From Styela clava (lineage: Eukaryota), in the NCBI RefSeq assembly GCF_964204865.1, contig NC_135258.1:16960916-17024915 (forward strand): a DNA stretch of 64,000 bases, given 5' to 3'. The notes under the pieces are model-generated. The model was given only the letters and a program-made list of their open reading frames with translations. It was not told the DNA's origin and ran no database searches. Below are positions 10,666 to 22,545 of the stretch, one piece after another (the stretch's first letter is position 1; the number at the start of each line of letters is the position of its first letter). Both the position numbers and the translations under genes were made by a program.

Positions 10666-11717
10666 AATTCTAGAAATATAGTAAAATATTACACTATTGA
10701 AGTAATCTTAATCGGAGACGTTCACGTAAATCTGTTTGTTGGCTGCTGGCTAGTTGCATGCTTCTCCGCCATTCAGTACATGTACTGGTAGTCTATTTAT
10801 AACAAACAACTTATCACAGAATACAGTCTTGTGTTTCCCTATTTTTTTTAAATCCATTTCTTACCATTACTGAATTACAGTAACATTCAGACATTAGTGA
10901 CACTGCGGTACAGTACCGGTATCAAAAAGAGAGACCCGATCAGTTAAAGCGGTTTATCAACTAAACTTTGTCAGAAAAGTTAGGCCAGATATAGCCTATG
11001 TACGTAAAAGAGGCAAGTGTAAAAACTACTAAAGGCAATGTATGAAATAATACTAGTCTAAATCGTAAATATATACCACTACTAAATAATTGAAATATTT
11101 TTGAAATTGACTCTGGTCGAAGCGAAATAGTTTGGCTTCGGATTCCGGTACCGGCAAGTGTCGAATCGTAGCCTAGCCCTAGAACAAAATTATTTGCGGA
11201 CTCATTTTCTGTCCTTTTTTATTTTGATGAATTTATATTGTCACAACGCATTCCGACAGTTCGATACTGGATTTCCTGCGAGGGCCTTGCAAACGGTATG
11301 GTACGGGACCGGTGTTGACATGCACAAATCAATGTTTAAGTTGCTTATTTTACTGTAATTCTATAAAAAAAAAAATTACTATTGATTTTTAATATTGGTT
11401 TGTGCGAATAAAATCTCTCTCGCTCTATGGTTAACCAATTAATGTTTCTCCAAGCATCGATTTCTTTGTTTATATCTATACCAATGACCATTCAGCATGA
11501 AGTACACGATGACGTAACAATGGCAATTTTTGCAGACGCTCGGACACATCCAAGCGGGACACATCGTTCACCCAGACCAACGACTAACATACCCAGACAT
11601 AGATTAGATTCTCAAGCATTGCTATAAAGTGTAAACAATGCCTCGTTTTCGTGTTTTTTTCTCGTGATATTTGTAAGATTTCAGCTGTGATTACAAAAAT
11701 TAGTTGTAAATGAAGTA

Positions 11718-12293
11718 CCGTGTTTCCCCGGAAATAGGACCTACCCTTAAAATAGGACCTAGCATAAATTTTAAAAATTATTTTAATATAACGCGAATTT
11801 ATTTTTGACCTAGTCGATAGCAAGAAATCTCCCCTACACGTTTTGAATGATTAATAACCTGTGTTTTGCAGTTATTTTGAATAAAAACGAATATAATTGG
11901 GTGGTTCACGTAACCGCTGGTCGGTTACGGCTTCCTCCACCACCAAGTTCATGCTTCCGAAAACAAACAATATATAAATAATCCCATACCCGACTTGGAA
12001 TGGTAACCGGACGAGAGGCCGTGGTTCGCCATATGGATAAGCCGTCTTATCGGCTTTCCTCTCCCCCGGGATAAATATGTAAATCCTATCCTATCCTAAA
12101 AACGTGTTATTTATAAGTAAATAGATATGTCAATTTTCATATTTTGTATATTTGAAAATCTCCCAATTTTCTACGTTGTAATTTTGTTTTTGATAAATGG
12201 AAATATAAAACATCCCCCAAAAATAAGCCCTAGTTTTATTTTTCGAAAGAAAATTGAAATAAGACCCAGTCCTATTTTCGGAGAAACACGGTA
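11718..12293. repeat. TIR-bounded short element (CCGTGTTTCCCCGGAAATAGGACC … GGTCCTATTTTCGGAGAAACACGG) with SINE-A copy nested inside
   Basis: Inverted termini at 11718-11745 and about 12265-12293. Internal sequence matches 41455-41545, 42000-42235 and 50985-51060 (…AAAATAAGCCCTAGT…TTTTCGAAAGAAAATTGAA…). Confidence 0.45.
11899..12097 (+). mobile_element. SINE family A, 5'-truncated copy (body+tail), inverted relative to the 10311-10665 copy
   Basis: GGGTGGTTCACGTAACCGCTGGTCGGTTACGGCTTCCTCCACC…GGATAAATATGTAAATCCTATCCTATCC. The reverse complement is about 90% identical to 10311-10530. Confidence 0.65.
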
Positions 12294-12372
12294 TGTAAGA
12301 TTCCGATCCCAACACCACGGGGAATCATCATCATAACGCAAATGCTTTGGCGTTGCCATTTCTTGATTCTCG

Positions 12373-12402
12373 GATTGGGTTGAGGATTCTGATTGGTTGA
12401 GG
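12373..12402. promoter_or_regulatory. tandem inverted CCAAT (ATTGG) / Y-box-like motifs
   Basis: CGGATTGGGTTGAGGATTCTGATTGGTTGAGG holds two GATTGG(G)TTGAGG units. A second CCAAT plus GC box CTGATGATTGGGCGGC lies at 13854-13869. They sit in the 4.7-kb divergent interval between the GPCR start (10211) and the GNPTAB start (14945). Confidence 0.25.
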
Positions 12403-14434
12403 TTAAATTGTATTGAAGCTGACGAGACCGCAAGGTTAAAGAAGAAGCAAGTGAGAATTATTATTTTTTTAACAAGAAATGCAATCATCGATTCAATAGA
12501 AAAGTATTAGAAACAAGATAGCAATGCTCAAATATATGGACACATCCATCAGAGCGAAGCAGTTCTCACTTTGACGCAACCGGTACCACAGAGATCCGGT
12601 ACCTACAACGCTGCTCGTCATAGCAGAGTAAGAATTTCGTTATACACCACCTTCGTTCGATGAGCACGTGATCAAGAAAACAAAAAGAAGAGTAAAAACA
12701 AATCCATTACGTGTCAAAATAACGAATCCCAAAGTGCTACCAGGAATATTTGAAATAAATAAAAGTAACACCCTTCTAGAAAGAAAAATTCATCTTTAAC
12801 CACTGAAAATTTTGAAGAAATTGGTCCAATAATCAAAGAAAAAGCTATAATTTAAGTTTTCCACTAGGTATCCAAAAATAATGCAAAACAATCGTTATGC
12901 CCACTGACGTGTCCAATAAAATTGTTTGGTATGAACCGGAGGGAACAATACGGCCGCACGGTCATCGAGGTCAACTCCCACCATACGCGCTGGTTTGATT
13001 AAGATTCACACTTGAAAATGACTAGTTAGAGAACTTCACAATAAAAGGTTTTTACAAGTTTTTGGAACAAAATTCCTTTGTATTCCCAAGTAACTTCATT
13101 GTTATACCAGTGTATGAGTGTGTGAGAAGTTAAGTTTTTCAAAATGAGACATAATTAGTTGAATACTCAGTTACACAATAAATTTTTGTCTATTTTAGAG
13201 TTAGACGATAATAAATAATAGCCTACTCTATGAAAACATTAAAAAAACTAAATACGAAAAAAGAGAGTAATAAGAATATTCATACACGGCGGAGCAGGGA
13301 CAAAAATTATAATGTGGTGAAAATTTGTCATACCATGAAAAATAATTAAATGCAACTCAGTGGTATAACTCATCTCCATTTCCACCAATAATAAAAATAC
13401 TTTATTTAAACATTCACAATCAACTATTGAGGTACACATTAGATCAGCATAAGAGGCATTGTGAGGCTTTATTCAATTTCGCAAACAACCGCACCTTTAG
13501 GAGTGCATCGTTCAATCTGCAGCTACACGAGAAGTAAGCTATGTGTAATCGCTTGCATTGCATACTCAAAATATGACCGATTTCCTAAATAAATAAAAAC
13601 CATCTACAATGGTACGACGTATGAGATAGAAGCACAGAGGATAATACCCCTTCAATGTTTAAAATTTGTGGAGTCATACATAATAATTCTATATACGATT
13701 GAAGGATATTTCGGGTCAAATGATATATTTTTTTTCATACTGTACAAAAGAATAAAAGTTTCATAAGAGGAAAAGGGTATCGTTCGCAGGTCGTTGTGAC
13801 GCCCTCCTGCACCCAAGATGATGCATCTGAAACAACTAATTGTGCTCAACATACTGATGATTGGGCGGCATGTTCAGGCCGCTTTTCTTCTTCTGCCTCT
13901 AAAATTTAGGAATGTATTATATTTACGTTTTTACGTGAACTTCGTCGCTGTTTGTATTACTTACGTGAGATTGCGAGCACATTCATTAATTTTTTCTGTT
14001 TCAACACCACAACACCTTGTCAAAAATAATTGTTATTCATTAAAACAATATAAAGCAGAGACAATGAAGAATTCTGAATATTCAGACTATTTGAAACGAA
14101 AGTGTCGAGAACATTGTGAAAAGTAAAATGAACGGCAAATAAAACGGACTATTTATACGAAAACCCGACAATTTTAAAGAAAATCATACATTCATTAGTT
14201 TGGCAACCCACACGATCCGATGCCGATGCCAGCCGATGAACGGCTTACGTTGAGACATAGATGTATGTTCTTTGAACGAAGGGAGCATTTTTTACTTAAT
14301 ACGAGGTATTTAGAGCTCCTAGAAATAAAATCCTAGAGATCTTGCATATAAAATCATAGCGCCTACTAAAATAGTCTGGAGTTTACGCATCAATGTAACA
14401 ACTAATAAATGTGTGCACTTTTCGTATTTTCAGC

Positions 14435-14443
14435 TCACGTGAC
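14435..14443. promoter_or_regulatory. palindromic E-box, CLEAR-like (TCACGTGAC), about 500 bp upstream of GNPTAB ATG
   Basis: CAGCTCACGTGACCAC is a 9/10 match to the GTCACGTGAC CLEAR consensus bound by TFEB/MITF-family factors. Position only; no functional evidence. Confidence 0.25.
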
Positions 14444-14944
14444 CACTTTTTAAATTTACTATTACAAAAAAAAACGGGTTGGTAAATAAAAATCCCAAAA
14501 ATCCATATTTCGAAATTTCAAACTTAGTCCCGAAATCCCGTCGATTTTGTAAGCTTAGTACGATCAATGAGCATATATATACATGCTCATTGGTACAATG
14601 TTCTAACGTTTGAACAAGGGGATCCAAAGACAAGAAATGGATCAAATTGTGTAGATACGGACAGCATTTCCACATTTTGGTTCATTATTCAATAATACTC
14701 ATAATTTCCAATACCGCAAAGGCAATCACAAAGTACGTTGGTATCACGAGTTTTTTGGAAGTTGTGTATGGAGTGCGTTTTTATAGGCATTTTAGGTGCA
14801 ACTTTTTGATGTAAGTTCTAATGTGGTAGTTGTCGGTATTTACAGGGCGTGCATCGTGTGGGGTTGCAACTAGGGGGTCATGAGGTTTTTCATGTGTCAT
14901 GTGTGATATACATTTACCAGGTTAACGTCATTATAGCATTAACA

Positions 14945-15073
14945 ATGAGAAAGGAAATATTTTTTAAACTTCTGCAAAGGCATACTTACACATGCCTCTC
15001 TCATCAATATGGAATCTATTTTGCATTTGCTGGAATTGTTCTTGTTTTGTATTCTATGTTTCAATTCGGCGAG
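14945..15073 (+). CDS. GNPTAB: GNPTAB exon 1 (start codon, N-terminal cytoplasmic tail and TM1)
   Basis: ATG at 14945 (the track ORF starts earlier on GTG). [43 protein letters not shown] matches the GNPTAB N-terminus (human [21 protein letters not shown]…FQFGE). Donor GAG|GTAAGT. Confidence 0.8.
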
Positions 15074-15720
15074 GTAAGTCGACAACATATGAATAGAATA
15101 AAAGCATAGGCTATAGCCTAAGTGTTTACACATTCTCTAATCTATATAGTAAAGCTTGTAGTTCTGTAGTTAGTTCACCTACTACTGTACTACGGTTCTC
15201 TGGTTCTAACTTATACAGTTAGATATATGTGAATACTGGAATATGAACAGAATATGGTCAACCTTCTATCTGTCTATCTTTTCACAGAAGTCTGGAAGTG
15301 GCAGTACTGCTTTATCTTGCTTTTTTATTTTGCATTCCAGATTGAAATCAAAATTTACCTACTTGAGTTGCCTAAATCACAATACAGCAATACAGCAATA
15401 GCCTAGCTCAATCTGACAATTGTGGGCACCAATATATATTTATAAACAAACAAATTAACTTGTGTTTTAATAGTAAAAGTACTACTATTTTCAGAATCTT
15501 CTTTGGTCAATCGGACAATAATTCTTTATACTTTGTGTGGTGGTTTTCATGCCTTAAATGTTATTTCTTGATTTGGCACTTGACTTAGAGATTAGTTTCA
15601 AAGATTTTCCTGAGTTTTAGTAACCTGGTATATCGGTATATATAAGCTATTATACACTATTGCATATTGACATATATTTATGCATTACTATCATTTCTTA
15701 CCATTTATTTTCTTTGGCAG

Positions 15721-16145
15721 GAGATGCTGGAATGGAGCCAAACTCAATATGATTCAGTTTTCAGTCTTTATCATGACAACATAGCAGGAAGATCATATCA
15801 AGCTATGTTGGCTGCCCCAATACCAATAGACGTTGTATACACATGGGTCAATGGATCTGACCCAATTCTACTCAGTCAGCTGAGTGCTTTAAAAGCAAGT
15901 TTAAACTCTGGGACTATGACCCTCAATACTACCTCACTTCCCGATCCAAAATTTTCTCAATGTTTACATAAAGATTGTTTTTTATTGCCTTGTCTGATTA
16001 CAAACCCTATGCTGGGGGAACAACTAACTGTTACTGAGGCGAAGGAAAAATGGGTAGGTCTGTCAGATCTCAAATGGATTGGAAATGTAGAAGTAACAAA
16101 AGGATTTATCTCAGAAACAAAAGCAACAAATGTTACAATTCTCAG
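15721..16145 (+). CDS. GNPTAB: GNPTAB exon 2 (Stealth CR1)
   Basis: Acceptor tttctttggcag|. EMLEWSQTQYD…NIAGRSYQ…PIDVVYTWVNGSDP matches the Stealth CR1 signature. Donor TCAG|GTATTT, phase 2. Confidence 0.85.
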
Positions 16146-16935
16146 GTATTTAATTTGTTGTCTTTACATTACATAAACAACTAGGCTGTAAATTTAAGCT
16201 GTTCTTGATTTGATACTTGAAATATTTACCAAGATATGAAGTGCCAATGGTAGAATTATATTGGTATATTAAGAAAGAATCTGATGAATTTACCTTATTA
16301 TAAAGGGTGAAATATATTTTATTCAAAATTTCGAACCATATACCCACTCCTTCAACCCATGTAAGGTAGAATAATAATTGAGTTGTTGGTAAACTGGGAA
16401 GTATCATTCCTGGCTCCCAATAAATTGATGACTGCTTGTGTGGAGCCTTGCTTAGAGTGGATTTTTTAAATCATTCATGTGAAAATACTTATTATTTTTG
16501 CCAACGGGATTGAATGAGTAAAAATTAAGAAATTTAAACTCTTCTACTAAAAATTTGAGGAAAATTGTTTAAAATATTCAAATTCATGATTTGCGAAGTA
16601 TTTTCAAGTGTCAAGATATTTGAACTATGGTTATAAAATCTTATTTAAATGACACTTTCATGATTTTCCCTTCGAATAAGGCTCTATACAAGCATCCACT
16701 GAAACTGCTTTTATATAAAAGAACCAGGATCTTACTAACAAATATACTAAACATTGAGTGAAGTCTGGAGGTAGGGGCATGGTATTTGAACTGGAGTTAT
16801 GTAATCTGTAATGCAAACACCGTTATAACAGTTAATATTTTCATGCTGCTAAATATCAGTACTCATTTTAACGAATTCCAGATAATATCGTTATCAGTAT
16901 AATTATATATTATTAAACCAAATTTTTTTTCTAAG

Positions 16936-17195
16936 GTTCGAAGACAAAGAGAAAGTAAAATCAGCATTGACCTCATTAACAGAATTACAAAATAGAACTT
17001 TCCAACCTTCATATATAACAACAGCATCTGATGCTTCAAGTTCTTCTCAACTTCGTAATGCTTTAGTATTAAAAGGGATTCCTGATAAAATGAACTCTGA
17101 TGAATTGAAGGAAAAATTTCCAGAATATTTAAAGCAAATATCAGAATGGATATATATAGCAGGAGCAGAACATCTTGCATTAGTTTGGACAAATG
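16936..17195 (+). CDS. GNPTAB: GNPTAB exon 3
   Basis: Acceptor ttttttttctaag|. Open frame …ALVLKGIPDKMNSDELKEKFPEYLKQISEW…VWTN. Donor ATG|GTGATT was chosen because it is the only GT giving phase continuity (phase 1) into exon 4, so this 3' boundary is less certain. Confidence 0.6.
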
Positions 17196-17613
17196 GTGAT
17201 TTTACATTGCTTTTATACATACCTGTAGATACCTATGTTGGCATGGCAGTTTAAAAATCTCGAGTTCAAGTCCCATAGGATGCAATAAACTGGGTAATCT
17301 TTGCTGAACTGCAAAAATTGAGGTCTTTCAAAAATAATGTGGGTTGTTACATAGTAGTGGAAGCCTATATAGAGCCTTGTTTTGAGCAAAAAGCATATAA
17401 AAGAGTCATGAAAACAGTTCCATCTGAGGTTAGACAGTCAAACAAAGCCATCTAAGAAGACCTTTTTATATATTATAAGAACAAAATTTATCATTCAAAT
17501 ATTTATTATCTATCTATTACCGTAATTATCAATTTTGAATGCCTCGCATTAAACTCAATAATCGATATTTTTTTTTAAACAGTTTGTAATATACAACATA
17601 TTCATATTTCTAG

Positions 17614-17788
17614 ATGCAAAGAAGACTGCTACCATTCTGGATCCTAAAAGTAACACAACACTTCCATTTTTTGGGATTGGTGAATCTACCGTAAAAATTT
17701 CAGCAGCTTATATGCTAGTGCATGTTGAGGAAGCACCAACACAAGATGATATGGCTCGTAGTCGCTTCGAAGACAATGAAGAATTGAG
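17614..17788 (+). CDS. GNPTAB: GNPTAB exon 4
   Basis: Acceptor catatttctag|. …DDMARSRFEDNEELR matches the conserved SRFEDNEELRYSLRS region. Donor TTGAG|GTTGGT. Confidence 0.8.
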
Positions 17789-18353
17789 GTTGGTTTTTTC
17801 TGTTGAATATAAAATGGCGTATGAGAGTAGTAGCTAGTTTTACTTTCAAGGCCGAGGTGTTTTGGTTATTTTCTGCTGATTTTTGCTGAAGTTTGCTATT
17901 AATTTTGTTCATTTTTGTTTTTGTTTTGGACTTTCTTGTTTCTTATTAAGTGGTTCAAAATTATCATTTTGTTCAAAAATCATCCTAGGATTATTTCTTT
18001 TGTCATAGGATACGTTCTCTTAACATTGCAGCATTTGAACATTTATTGATAAATATATTGTCCTTGTGCATAAAACTACCCCAGTTATTAGTACCACTAA
18101 TTATTAATAACCATTTATCATTTTTCTAGACAGGTACAGCAGGTAATTTAAACTTTTCAATGTTCTGTCATTTTCAAAAGAGCTGCGGATCCACAATGTG
18201 TGTTTGTACATCTCTATTTCTATTACTCAAACTACTCAAACATTGGTAGCTTTTTATGTCTGAATGCCTCATATGCAAAAACATACGAAAATCTGAATTT
18301 AAAAAGTTAAAATATTAACAATTTCAAAAGAATAATGTCTTAATTACTTTCAG

Positions 18354-18465
18354 GTATTCATTGAGATCTGTTGAAAAATTTGCTCCATGGATTCGAAAAG
18401 TTTTTATTGTCACAAATGGACAAATTCCTTATTGGTTGAACATGGATAATCCAAGGATAATAATA
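18354..18465 (+). CDS. GNPTAB: GNPTAB exon 5 (Stealth CR2)
   Basis: (R)[37 protein letters not shown] matches human [38 protein letters not shown]. Donor ATA|GTGAGT. Confidence 0.85.
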
Positions 18466-19032
18466 GTGAGTTTGTTATAGGCTATTAATTGTCATTGTTA
18501 AGATTTTTATTGTAGGATTACAAAATTACATGAATCATCATTTGTGAGTAAAGAATAAAACATTGTAGAAGCAGTAATTCGAATTTTTTGAAATACTTCC
18601 ATTTAACACTCCCATCAGAATAAATTAAACAGACATTTCTAGTTCAAATGCATGTTTCTGACCATGTAACAGCAAACAGGAAACAAGTGTTGTTTAATAA
18701 TCATTCAATTTTTTGAATTTGTTCCATTCATTCTTATCCATAAATAAGGATACTTATACTGAGAAAGGTTGCAGACAACTACTCAAATTCGGCTTGGCGG
18801 TATGATGCATCATGCTAAGTGCTAACCATTCTTTAATACGATTTAGTCTTAGTAGCTCTTGACACTTTAGTGGTTGCCCACAACTTCACTCACAGATCAA
18901 TCTGTCATATTTTTGAGTGAGTGCATGTAGCCTTGCTTTGAGCACATTTACTTGTAAAAAAAAGTATAACAGTTAACAGACTAACAGTTATAAATCTCAT
19001 AGTCTATAATAACCTGAATTTATGGTAAACAG

Positions 19033-19173
19033 GTAACCCACGAGGATATATTTGTCAACAAAACTCATCTTCCAACGTTTAGTTCCCCCGCAATTGAATC
19101 TCATATTCATCGTATTCCTGGACTTGCAAAAAAATTTATATATATGAATGACGATGTTATGTTTGGAAGACAG
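19033..19173 (+). CDS. GNPTAB: GNPTAB exon 6 (Stealth CR2 cont.)
   Basis: [47 protein letters not shown], with human …THQDVF…[35 protein letters not shown]. Sites aaacag| and CAG|GTAAGT. Confidence 0.9.
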
Positions 19174-19695
19174 GTAAGTTTATTTTTGGTAGAGGATTGG
19201 AAAACAAAGCAGATATTTTAGGGCAGGGATAGCAAACTGCTAGCACGGATGTCACCTTCTTTCGATATAACAAGTGCTACATGTGTAAATCTCAAACATA
19301 CACATCCATGCCAACCGATGATTACAAGATTTACAGAAAAGATGCAACAGCAAGTATCTCCTTGAAGCAAACATTGATTAAATCTATGACCCACATTATT
19401 CTCTTATGAGAAAATATAATAAATGACCCATTTCTTAAAAAAGGTTTGTCATTACTTTGTATTTCAATTCCTTTATAAGCATCTCATTTTCAGTTTTTTA
19501 ATCTCCATTAAATATGTTGTTAGTTAAAACTAGGTCTGTGGAGTTAAAGTCGCAGTTGGACTACAAAAGCATTAACTTGACTAAACATTCTCAACTGGCA
19601 ATTGAGGAAGACTTGCATACTCCAAAGTTTTGTTATCAAAATATTATTGTCGTCAAAATTTCCTTCAACCGAGGGACCGAGAGAAAAATTTTCGG

Positions 19696-19927
19696 GGCTC
19701 CCGAAGTATGCGAACCAAGATGGCAGACATCGGAATGTAATATGTGTACTAGGTTAGGGTTAGGCCATAATTTTAGGTATAAATACTACGGGAGGCTTTT
19801 GGCTAGTCTTCGAACTGATAATAGGACTAAAATAAGGAAAATTGGAAAAAAATTACCGCCTAACCCTAACCTTTTACCCATGTTACGTTCCGATGTCCGC
19901 CATCTTGGTTCGCATACTTCGGGAGCA
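19696..19927. repeat. long hairpin / palindromic MITE in GNPTAB intron 6, arms about 70 bp, loop about 90 bp, each arm ending in TTAGGG-like units
   Basis: Left arm GGGCTCCCGAAGTATGCGAACCAAGATGGCAGACATCGGAATGTAATATGTGTACTAGGTTAGGGTTAGGC. Right arm GCCTAACCCTAACC…CGATGTCCGCCATCTTGGTTCGCATACTTCGGGAGCAC, about 90% complementary. Track ORF 19514-19942 is an artefact of this element. Confidence 0.6.
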
Positions 19928-20232
19928 CCAAATTTTCATTAGCCCAGCGTCTCATTTTGGAATTGTTAGACTTGAGTCGGAACCTGGTGTAAATATTCTC
20001 CGATTCCACAGCCTTGATTTAAAGAAATAATTCTTCAGATATTATGTATACATTGTATTCATTATTCAATTCGGGTGAAAAGGAAATGCGCCAGCGAATT
20101 ACAAATTTAGTAATTTATCTGTACCTTCATCCTCATCTTAACAATATATTTATTATCAAAAATTAGTCTTTGATTTTGTGTCAGAAAATCAATGCAAAAA
20201 ATGAAATCATGTTTCTGTTATATTTGATTCAG

Positions 20233-20398
20233 GTATGGCCAGATGATTTTTATACTCACTCCTTTGGACAAAAAGTGTATCTAACATGGCCAGTTCCAAA
20301 CTGTGCAGATGGTTGTGCTCCGACCTGGATAAAGGATGGTTTCTGTGACTCCGCTTGCAATGTTTCAGATTGCAGCTATGATGGTGGAGATTGCATCG
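20233..20398 (+). CDS. GNPTAB: GNPTAB exon 7 (LNR/Notch repeat 1)
   Basis: [54 protein letters not shown] matches human [54 protein letters not shown]. Donor ATCG|GTAAGG, phase 1. Confidence 0.9.
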
Positions 20399-20538
20399 GT
20401 AAGGATCAACTATTATGTGTGAAATGGTTCACTTATTCTCCCCGACGTTTAACCCTTAGAAAATTTGCATGTGCATCTTACCAGTACCTAAGCTAATACC
20501 ATAAATATGATTTTTTTTTCTAATTTTAATTTTCACAG

Positions 20539-20654
20539 GTAACAATGTTAGAGCTGGTGTTGGGATGTCTCATGGAGGATATAGTTTCAGTACATCATCT
20601 TACTGTTATCCAGGATGTGCAGATACATGGCTTGCAGATAAATTTTGTGATCAG
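20539..20654 (+). CDS. GNPTAB: GNPTAB exon 8 (LNR repeat 2, first part)
   Basis: Acceptor ttttcacag|. …SYCYPGCADTWLADKFCDQ matches human SYCNQGCANSWLADKFCDQ. Donor CAG|GTAAAT. Confidence 0.85.
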
Positions 20655-20740
20655 GTAAATCCTCTTTTAAAGGCATAGAGTAAAAAAGTGAACATTCTTT
20701 CCTATGACAGGCTTTAATCTGGGATGCCAACATACAGTGC

Positions 20741-21005
20741 CAGGCAAGGTGATTGGGACATCATGCTAAGTGTTAGGGATACTCTTGCCATCACACCTCT
20801 TTATCCTTCGGGATTAAATATTTGTGAGAGGATGCCTGGACCTGCCGCGGGGTGGTTCATGTAACCGATGGACGGTTACGGCTTCCTCCACCATCAAGTC
20901 AATCCATTTAAAAAAATACCTGGCTAACTACAGTATTTACATATATTATTAAGTTATTTTATCAGCTTCCTTCTCCCTCTGGATAAATATGTAAATCCCT
21001 TCCCC
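20741..21005 (+). mobile_element. SINE family A copy in GNPTAB intron 8
   Basis: tRNA-like head (…CATCATGCTAAGTGTTAGGGATACTCTTGCCATCACACC…), body GGGTGGTTCATGTAACCGATGGACGGTTACGGCTTCCTCCACCATCAAGTC, tail GGATAAATATGTAAATCCC. Confidence 0.65.
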
Positions 21006-21098
21006 AAAACATTCGTCATTGGTATTTATTCCCCCAAAAACTTTTATTCTTATTTTCAATTTGGCTATTACGATACCCATAGTTTTATTTTATTACAG

Positions 21099-21248
21099 TC
21101 GTGCAACAAACTGGAATGTGGATTTGATGCAGCAGATTGTGGGAAAAGTAATTTTAACAAAATCTATAAAATCAAGTTTCGAATGGAGAATGGCACGATA
21201 TACAAAGTACCGCACGGTGCTAAAAGTGCATACATCGACTTTTCAAAG
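21099..21248 (+). CDS. GNPTAB: GNPTAB exon 9 (LNR repeat 2 cont.)
   Basis: Acceptor ttttattacag|. SCNKLECGFDAADCGKSNF… matches human ACNVLSCGFDAGDCGQDHF. The track ORF at 21019-21252 is the wrong frame. Donor AAG|GTAGGA. Confidence 0.85.
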
Positions 21249-21595
21249 GTAGGAAACCTATTAGACTTTGAAAGTTTAAAGTGGAAGCTGGAAAGTAGTT
21301 TCTAGGGATTTTTTCTGTCATTTCATTGAAATTCAAAAGAGCAGGATTATTTACATGTTTAAGAATTCTGATAATGCTAAAAATTTTAATTATTAACAAG
21401 ATTTATTTATGACCATGAAATCTTAATTTAGGTTGAATTTTATCATTGAAAATATTCAAGAAAGTATTAAAAGCTGTTTTGATTATCAATGCTAAACCTT
21501 TTATTTTATTATCAATTATGTTAAAAAAAATTCTATGTTTGTGTCTGTTTTAATTTTATAACTTCTGGAATATAATCCTCTTCTATAATTTTCAG

Positions 21596-22545
21596 CACTT
21601 TAGAAAAATTACAAAAGCGGAATACGATAAAGACAAGTCAATTCGTACTGCTGCTGTGTCGAACAAATTTAACGTCACTACTTTAATATATAAATCAGAC
21701 GGAAATGAATCCAATATCAGATTCATTTTGACTGGTGAATCATTGCATCCAAAAAATTCTAAAGGAGATGAGACTTCAAATAGAACTATGATATGTGTGT
21801 TCTTTAACGTCACTGCATATCCTTCGAAAAACGTAACTTTTAATTTATCGAGTATACATGAAGAAGATCCCGATGACGTTTCAGAAAAAGTTGACGACAT
21901 TGTTGTTAACAAAACTAACTCGGTAATAAACGATGATTTTTCCGATATAATCACTTTTCCGGAAGATAAAAAAAAGCCTCGTGTATTTCATCACGAAAAA
22001 ATGATCCCAAAATCAGTAGATTTACCGGAATTTATTGACACTAGCGTCTTGCCTGAAAATGTTGCAAATCAGTATCAAAAACTGGAAGAAGCTTTTCAAA
22101 GCAATTACATCACTGAAAAAGGATACAGAAAACAAAAATCTGTCTTGTTGTCACCATTTCTTGATGTTTTAAAACAAGCAGCACTCGATATGAACGAGAA
22201 AATATCACAAGATTCTATTCTTAAAGAAATGAATGCAGCAAAATTAGGTTTACAAAGAAGCAAAAATATGGGAGTTGCTTTAGATTTTGAAGAAAGTAAA
22301 GAAAAGAATAAAGTTACTGATAGTCAACAGAATAAGCTTCTTCCGAAAGAGAATACAAATTCTGAAATTCCAGATAGTCATGCTAACGAGAAAAAAGAAT
22401 TGGATTCGAAAGATAGTGATAAATTAGTAGATAATAGAGAAAACCAAACGAATGATTTTTCTGAAGCTGGTCATCAACATAATAAAGGCGACACTGGTCA
22501 AGAAGAAAAACTTGATCCTGTAGAGGCACATCATGAATCTTTAAG
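21596..22545 (+). CDS. GNPTAB: GNPTAB exon 10 (950-nt spacer-region exon)
   Basis: Acceptor ttttcag|CACTTT. The frame stays open for 950 nt through a low-complexity acidic/Ser/Lys-rich region, N-glycosylation sequons and …VLLSPFLDVLKQAALDM…. Donor TTAAG|GTTAGT, phase 2. Confidence 0.75.

Noticed and set aside
13818-14126. 102-aa ORF with a hydrophobic N-terminus upstream of GNPTAB
   Set aside because: No splice signals, no similarity, AT-rich low-complexity sequence. More likely promoter or 5' flanking DNA.
19750-19875. TTAGGGTTAGG / CCTAACCCTAACC as interstitial telomeric sequence
   Set aside because: Only about 2 units on each arm, and they are the two halves of one palindromic MITE, not a telomeric array.
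19514-19942. 142-aa ORF on the + strand
   Set aside because: It reads straight through the 19696-19927 palindromic MITE inside GNPTAB intron 6. No homology and no splice context.
21019-21252. 77-aa ORF overlapping GNPTAB exon 9
   Set aside because: Wrong reading frame of the same DNA. The homologous frame (SCNKLECGFDAADCG…) is the one that splices in phase.
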